Origin: Octopus sinensis
Lineage: Eukaryota
Assembly (NCBI RefSeq): GCF_006345805.1
Contig: NC_043016.1
Coordinates: forward strand, 32,116,001 to 32,180,000
Direction: 5' to 3'
Length of the DNA stretch: 64,000 nt
This document shows, one piece after another, positions 63,536 to 64,000 of the stretch. The notes beneath the pieces were generated by a model. That model saw only the letters and a program-made list of their open reading frames with translations, was not told the DNA's origin and searched no databases. Both the position numbers and the translations under genes were made by a program. Every line of letters starts with the position of its first letter. Position 1 is the stretch's first letter.

Positions 63536-64000
63536 GAGAAAAACGACATCCGGTATAGTTTGAGCAAAATAGAGATATCCGGTATTGGTGGTGGGGGGGG
63601 GGTAGGGCGGGCGCGCCGCGAAGAATCGGCAGCCAATTTCTATAAGGGAGATAGATCTTAAAATATCAATAACGATAACTAGTGAATTATACAGAATATG
63701 CAAAACGAGGCGAGGCGAGGCTGAAATAGTAAACAGAGTGGCGACTAGGGGATCAGAATAATAATAATTAATAAATAATAATAATAAATAGAGATACGGA
63801 TGAATAAAGTTCAAAGATTTCTTATCTTGAGATCACTTCGTTTACGGACAGACTTGGCAAAAGGAATTCGGAATCAAGAATGAGGCATTTTACTAGCTTA
63901 AGTATGCATAGCCATGGCGGTGGTAGGAAGAGAGGAGTCCAGACAGACGACAATGTAACAAGAGGGGGAGAGAAGGGAAGAGAAAAGAAAAACCCCCGCG

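Overview
Eukaryotic, AT-rich, repeat-dense genomic DNA. The SINE and MITE repertoire resembles Octopus (cephalopod); this assignment is an inference. The backbone is the central part of a + strand cytoplasmic leucyl-tRNA synthetase gene (LARS1). I traced 17 GT-AG exons between 6633 and 56726 (1992 nt, 664 codons, all phases compatible), covering the CP1 editing domain, the KMSKS motif and the start of the anticodon-binding domain; its 5' and 3' exons are not in the window. The introns hold a 5'-truncated CR1-type LINE, a 1.6-kb Tc1 (DD34E) element, Penelope-like and DD37D/RTE relics, Helitrons, piggyBac/hAT/mariner MITEs, many SINEs, a 5S rRNA pseudogene, tandem arrays and several long fold-back repeats. 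There is a 100-N gap at 59667-59766. Two observations stand out. (1) The LINE has a triple-CCCH zinc-finger ORF1 that overlaps an ATG-less ORF2 in the -1 frame, and that frame opens two codons before an HIV-type U_UUU_UUA slippery heptamer, suggesting -1 programmed ribosomal frameshifting in a non-LTR retrotransposon. (2) Several minimal hammerhead-ribozyme motifs occur in Penelope-type or fold-back repeats, including one with a compensatory A3-U8 core at the apex of a long hairpin.
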